NCBI GenBank assembly: GCA_035550195.1
Contig: DASZPU010000873.1
Location: 1-51,509, forward strand
Length of the DNA stretch: 51,509 bases
Reading direction: 5' to 3'
Source of the DNA: Nannocystaceae bacterium
GTDB lineage: Bacteria; Myxococcota_A; Polyangia; Nannocystales; Nannocystaceae
In this document: one piece after another, positions 47,596 through 51,509 of the stretch
Position numbering within the stretch: the first letter of the stretch is position 1
Layout of the letters: each line of letters begins with the position of its first letter
Position numbers and translations under genes: made by a program
The notes under the pieces: model-generated
The model's database searches: none
Seen by the model: only the letters and a program-made list of their open reading frames with translations
What the model was told of the DNA's origin: nothing

Positions 47596-49040
47596 GGGCG
47601 GCGCAACACGAACAGACGTGCCGAAGGCGCACCCTCGGGACCGGGCAGCGTGCTCGCACGATCGCTGGCGATCGTGAACGCGTCACCGACGAGCGCGGCC
47701 AAGCGCGCGGCGTCGTAGGGCTGGGTCGCGCGGCCATTCGCACCGGCGTCGTCGAACGTCTTCAACACGATCGTACCACCGGGCGCGACCAGCCGCGTCA
47801 TCGCAGCGACCCAGCGCGCGGCGTCGCCCGGGGCGAGTAGATGCAGACAGCCGCGATCGATCACGAGCTCGAAGCGCGCATGCAGTCGCGTCGCCGTGAT
47901 GTCGTCCTGCAGCCACACCACGCCCTGCTCGTCGGGACAGCGCGCGAGCGCAGCGGCCGACACGTCGGTCGCGATCACACGATGACCCGCGCGCGCACAC
48001 GCGACCGCGATCGTGCCGAGCCCGGTGCCGACGTCGAGCACGCTCGCACCCGCATGCGCGCGCACGACGGCCATGATGTCGTCGTCGGGCTCGGCCACGT
48101 GCCACGGCAGCTCCGCCTCGGGGCGGCGATAGATCGCATCCCAGTCGCCGGCATCGTGCGGCGCGTGGCGGATGCCGCGGGCGAGCAGCACCGCCTCGAG
48201 CAGCTGCACGACGGTGCCCCACGGCGGCGCCGCGCCGATCATCGGCACACGCTCGGGTGGCGCATCGGCGACCTCGACACCACCGGCCGCGTGCACGACG
48301 TGCATGCCGTCGGCGACGAGCTGCGCCACGTTGCGCTGCACGGCCGCGCTCGCGAGCATCGCTCCGTTCATCGACGGCACGATCACCACCGGCGCGCGCG
48401 TGGCCAACGCGACCGCGGAGACGATCGATCCGTGATCGCCGGTGGCGATGCGCGAGATCGTGGTGGCCGACGCGGGACACACCAGCACGACGTCGGCCCA
48501 CTGCGCGAGGTCGATGTGGGGCACGTGCGACGCATCGCCCGTCGGCCACAGCTCGTCGACGACGCGATGGTGCGTGAGCGCTTCGAACGGCTCGGTGCGC
48601 ACGAATCGGAGCGCTTCCGAGGTCGCGGCCACGCGCACTTGGTGGCGACGTTCGAGCAAGCGCTGCACGAGCATCGGCGTGTGCATCGTCGCGACCGCTC
48701 CGGTGACACCGAGCACGACCCGCGGCCCCGGCACGTGCGGCACGGTGCGGTGGGACGGCGGTGCGACGCGCTCGATCGATCCGGTGCCGAGCAACAGCGC
48801 GAGCAGATCATCGAGCGCGCTGCCTTCGGGCAGCGGTGCGCCGGTGAGCTCCTCGATGTGCGCGACGATCTCGGCGCGGCGCTTCGGCCACTCGACGAAC
48901 GCGAGCACCTCGCGGGCGAGCGCAGCGGAGTCGCCGACGAGCTCGTGGCCCTGACCGTCGCGGCCGAGCACCACCATGCGATCGCCGACCTCGTAGATGC
49001 GGACTACGTTGCAGCGCCGCAGCTTCGCATCGTCGGCCAT
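47592..49040 (-). CDS. Tri-modular protein: PqqD-like RRE + HFCD/CoaC-type flavoprotein + class I SAM methyltransferase
   Basis: ATG 49040 (MADDAKLRR). HIDLAQWADVVLVCPASATTISRIATGDHGSIVSA and VPSMNGAM (flavoprotein). WDAIY..PW and VLDVGTGLG (methyltransferase). Internal start in track ORF 47592..49289. Confidence 0.8.
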   Translation of the reverse strand: MADDAKLRRCNVVRIYEVGDRMVVLGRDGQGHELVGDSAALAREVLAFVEWPKRRAEIVAHIEELTGAPLPEGSALDDLLALLLGTGSIERVAPPSHRTVPHVPGPRVVLGVTGAVATMHTPMLVQRLLERRHQVRVAATSEALRFVRTEPFEALTHHRVVDELWPTGDASHVPHIDLAQWADVVLVCPASATTISRIATGDHGSIVSAVALATRAPVVIVPSMNGAMLASAAVQRNVAQLVADGMHVVHAAGGVEVADAPPERVPMIGAAPPWGTVVQLLEAVLLARGIRHAPHDAGDWDAIYRRPEAELPWHVAEPDDDIMAVVRAHAGASVLDVGTGLGTIAVACARAGHRVIATDVSAAALARCPDEQGVVWLQDDITATRLHARFELVIDRGCLHLLAPGDAARWVAAMTRLVAPGGTIVLKTFDDAGANGRATQPYDAARLAALVGDAFTIASDRASTLPGPEGAPSARLFVLRRP

Positions 49041-49080
49041 CGTGCGGATGATACCGCTGTCACCGCCGCAGGGCCGCAGT

Positions 49081-50952
49081 ATGCTGCCGCCCATGCCGAC
49101 CCTCGGGCGTTCCACGATCGTCCTCATTGCGCTCGCGCTCGCCTGTGCGCCGCGCCGCGACGTCGCGACCACCACGCCGGAATCGCAGCCGACGAAGGCC
49201 GAGCCCACCGCGGTCGGCGAGCCGCGTGCCGCCGGCCCGAAGGTCTCCGACGATCCGATCATCTCGCGCATCGTCGAGCTCGGGCGCACCGAGTCGCAGG
49301 TGGACGATCACCTGAAGCACTTCACCAAGGTGATCGGTCCGCGGCTCACCGGATCGCACGCGCTGATGGTCGCGGAGAAGTGGGCGCGCGATCGCTTCGC
49401 CGCGTTCGGGCTGGACGCGAAGCTCGAGCGCTGGGGCGAGTTTCCCGTGGGCTTCGATCGCGGGCCGTGGTCGGGCGGGATGGTCGCGCCGCAGCAAGTG
49501 AAGTACGAGTTCACGACGCATGCGTGGACGCCGGGCGTGCTCGGTCCGGTGCGCGGCAAGGCGGTCGCATATCCGGCGAGCGCGAAGGAAGTCACCGCAG
49601 CCCCGACGAAGTTCGCGGGCGTCTGGGTCGTGCATCCGCCCGACGAGCCGCGCGGCGATGCGGCCGAGAAGGCGCGCGCGCCCATCGACGATGCGCTCTT
49701 CGCCGCGGGCGCGCTCGGCCACATCGATCGCGCGCGCGATGCCGGCGGCAAGCTGGTGCACACCGGTGGGCGCTACAAGATCGATTGGGCGAAGCTGCCG
49801 CGCGACGTGCACGTGAGCCTGCAAGGCGAGCAGCACGATGATCTCCGCAAGCGCATCGCTGCGGGCGAGCAGGTCGAGCTGGAGTTCTCGATCGACAACC
49901 GCTTCTTCCGTGGCCCGGTGCCGCAGCACAACGTGATCGCCGACCTCGTCGGCAGCGAGCTTCCCGACGAGTACGTGATCGTCGGCGGGCACATCGATTC
50001 GTGGGACGGCGCCGAAGGTGCGGTCGACAACGCCACGGGTTGCGCGACGACGATGGAGGCCGCGCGCTTGTTGGTCGCGGCCGGCGCGAAGCCGCGTCGC
50101 ACGATCCGCTTCATGCTGTGGAGCGGCGAAGAGCAGGGGTTGCTCGGCAGCGAGGCCTACGTCGCGCAGCACCCCGAGCTCACCGACAAGGTGAGCGCCG
50201 TGCTCGTGCACGACGGTGGCACGAACTTCCTCTCGGGTCTGCGCGTGACGCCGGAGATGGCCGAGGACATGAAGAAGGTCTTCGACCCGGTGATGAAGCT
50301 CGACCCCGAGCTGCCGTTCGCGCTGTGGTACGCGGACTCGCTGCGCGGTGGCGGCAGCGATCACAGCTCGTTCATCGCGAAGGGCGTCCCCGGTTTCTTC
50401 TGGGAGCAGGATGGCCGCGCCGACTACGAGCACTCGCACCACACGCAGTTCGATACGCTCGACTTCGCGATCCCCGAGTACCAGCGGCACTCCGCGATGG
50501 TGGTCGCGATCGCTGCGCTCGGGCTCGCGAACCTCGACAAGAAGCTCGATCGCACCGACAGCGCTGCGTTGCCGCGGCGGCAGTTCGGCGCCGATCTCGA
50601 GGACACGCGCGTCACCAAGCTCGACAAGGACGGCGCAGCCGCGAAGGCGGGTGTGAAGGTCGGTGACGAGGTGATCGAGGTCGAGGGCGCGAAGGGCTCG
50701 CGTCGCGAGATGTTCCGGCGCTTCATGTCCGAGGGCACCAAGAAGAAGATCGTGGTGCTGCGCAAGAAGAAGAAGCTCGAGCTCGTGCTCGACTTCAGCA
50801 ACGATCCGGCGGACGCCGAGCGCGACGCGCGACGTGAGCGACGCAACCAGAAGTTCGGACAGCTCGACTACGACAAGCCGTTCGCCGGCCGTGCGATCGA
50901 GAAGCCGAAGCGCGAGGACGGCAAGCCGGCTCCAGCGCCGCCGTCGAAGTGA
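49081..50952 (+). CDS. M28 family aminopeptidase lipoprotein with PA insert and C-terminal PDZ domain
   Basis: Lipobox LALAC. GGHIDSWDGAEGAVDNATG, WSGEEQGLLGS, GGGSDHSSF, HHTQFDT (zinc ligand motifs). PDZ-like KLDKDGAAAKAGVKVGDEVIEV. Confidence 0.85.
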   Translation: MLPPMPTLGRSTIVLIALALACAPRRDVATTTPESQPTKAEPTAVGEPRAAGPKVSDDPIISRIVELGRTESQVDDHLKHFTKVIGPRLTGSHALMVAEKWARDRFAAFGLDAKLERWGEFPVGFDRGPWSGGMVAPQQVKYEFTTHAWTPGVLGPVRGKAVAYPASAKEVTAAPTKFAGVWVVHPPDEPRGDAAEKARAPIDDALFAAGALGHIDRARDAGGKLVHTGGRYKIDWAKLPRDVHVSLQGEQHDDLRKRIAAGEQVELEFSIDNRFFRGPVPQHNVIADLVGSELPDEYVIVGGHIDSWDGAEGAVDNATGCATTMEAARLLVAAGAKPRRTIRFMLWSGEEQGLLGSEAYVAQHPELTDKVSAVLVHDGGTNFLSGLRVTPEMAEDMKKVFDPVMKLDPELPFALWYADSLRGGGSDHSSFIAKGVPGFFWEQDGRADYEHSHHTQFDTLDFAIPEYQRHSAMVVAIAALGLANLDKKLDRTDSAALPRRQFGADLEDTRVTKLDKDGAAAKAGVKVGDEVIEVEGAKGSRREMFRRFMSEGTKKKIVVLRKKKKLELVLDFSNDPADAERDARRERRNQKFGQLDYDKPFAGRAIEKPKREDGKPAPAPPSK

Positions 50953-50995
50953 ACCGATCGCGGGTGTCGTGCACTCCAACTCCGGGCGGGTGAAG

Positions 50996-51509
50996 ATGGG
51001 GTTCTTCGATGATCGGGTGTCCGCCGCACATCTGCGCCAGAAGCAGAGCCTGCTCGAAGAGGCGGCCAAGAGCGGTGCACGCGTCGTGCAGGTGATCGAA
51101 GGCAGCCAGACCGGAATCGCGGGCGTGGTCGCCTCGACGCTCGGGTCGCTCTTCGGTGGCGACACGCGCGTCGACGGCTTGCAGCTGTTGCAGCTCGACA
51201 CCGGTGGTTGGACGCAGCTCTACGCGCAACCATATGCCGGCATGCAGCCGGTGCCGGGCGAGCACCATGCGCTCTTGTCGGGCGCGCTCGCAGCACCGAT
51301 CGTGCTGCGCAGCTCGTCCCGCTTCGGTGCACCGCGCTGGGAGTGTCCGCAGCTGCCCGAGCTCGCAGCGTGGCTCGCCGCGAATCCAGCGCTCGCGGCT
51401 GCGACGAAAGCGATCGAGTGGTCGTGGAAGGCCGGCTTCACCGAGATCCGTCTGCCCTGGGCCGCGCAGCTGCGTAGCGTCGGCGACGGCACGTCGCATC
51501 TCGTGATGA
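50996..51509 (+). CDS. Hypothetical protein, 3' end beyond window
   Basis: Absent from the track because it has no stop. ATG 50996 reads MGFFDDRVSAAHLRQKQSLLEEAAKSGARVVQVIEG... with strong GC3 bias and is open to the window edge. Confidence 0.55.
   Translation, partial: MGFFDDRVSAAHLRQKQSLLEEAAKSGARVVQVIEGSQTGIAGVVASTLGSLFGGDTRVDGLQLLQLDTGGWTQLYAQPYAGMQPVPGEHHALLSGALAAPIVLRSSSRFGAPRWECPQLPELAAWLAANPALAAATKAIEWSWKAGFTEIRLPWAAQLRSVGDGTSHLVM

Overview
High-GC (about 70% by eye), gene-dense 51.5-kb chromosomal window. It is very likely from a myxobacterium (Myxococcota, Polyangia/Sandaracinus-like). The taxon call is inference from three MYXO-CTERM sorting tails, one Myxococcus cysteine-rich repeat, three Hanks-type Ser/Thr kinases and many lipoproteins with S/G/T/D/E-rich linkers after the lipobox Cys. 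I support about 41 CDS: a TetR-MFP-RND efflux operon; TrkH/TrkA potassium uptake; a maltose-type ABC importer whose binding protein is fused to a permease; a KaiC-like ATPase overlapping a hybrid histidine kinase; a RAYT/IS200-like Y1 transposase homologue fused to a DnaA-domain-IV-like HTH; MsrA and glutathione peroxidase, both with lipoprotein signals; an M28-PDZ peptidase; and a five-gene minus-strand operon that starts with a three-module protein (PqqD-like RRE + HFCD flavoprotein + SAM methyltransferase) and ends with a TPR Ser/Thr kinase. I found no rRNA, tRNA, CRISPR array or intact IS. The main anomaly is a 1.25-kb ORF-free, compositionally skewed, hairpin-dense island (about 32979-34223) between two convergent genes that each have their own terminator; it is a candidate large structured RNA locus with unresolved strand. 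Limits: all family calls come from motifs recalled by eye, not searches. The ORF track treats GTG and TTG as M and reports maximal ORFs, so many true starts are internal and carry uncertainty of a few codons. Edge-truncated ORFs (1..2907 minus, 50996..51509 plus) are absent from the track and were read directly from the sequence. Many long ORFs in the track are antisense shadows typical of high-GC DNA.
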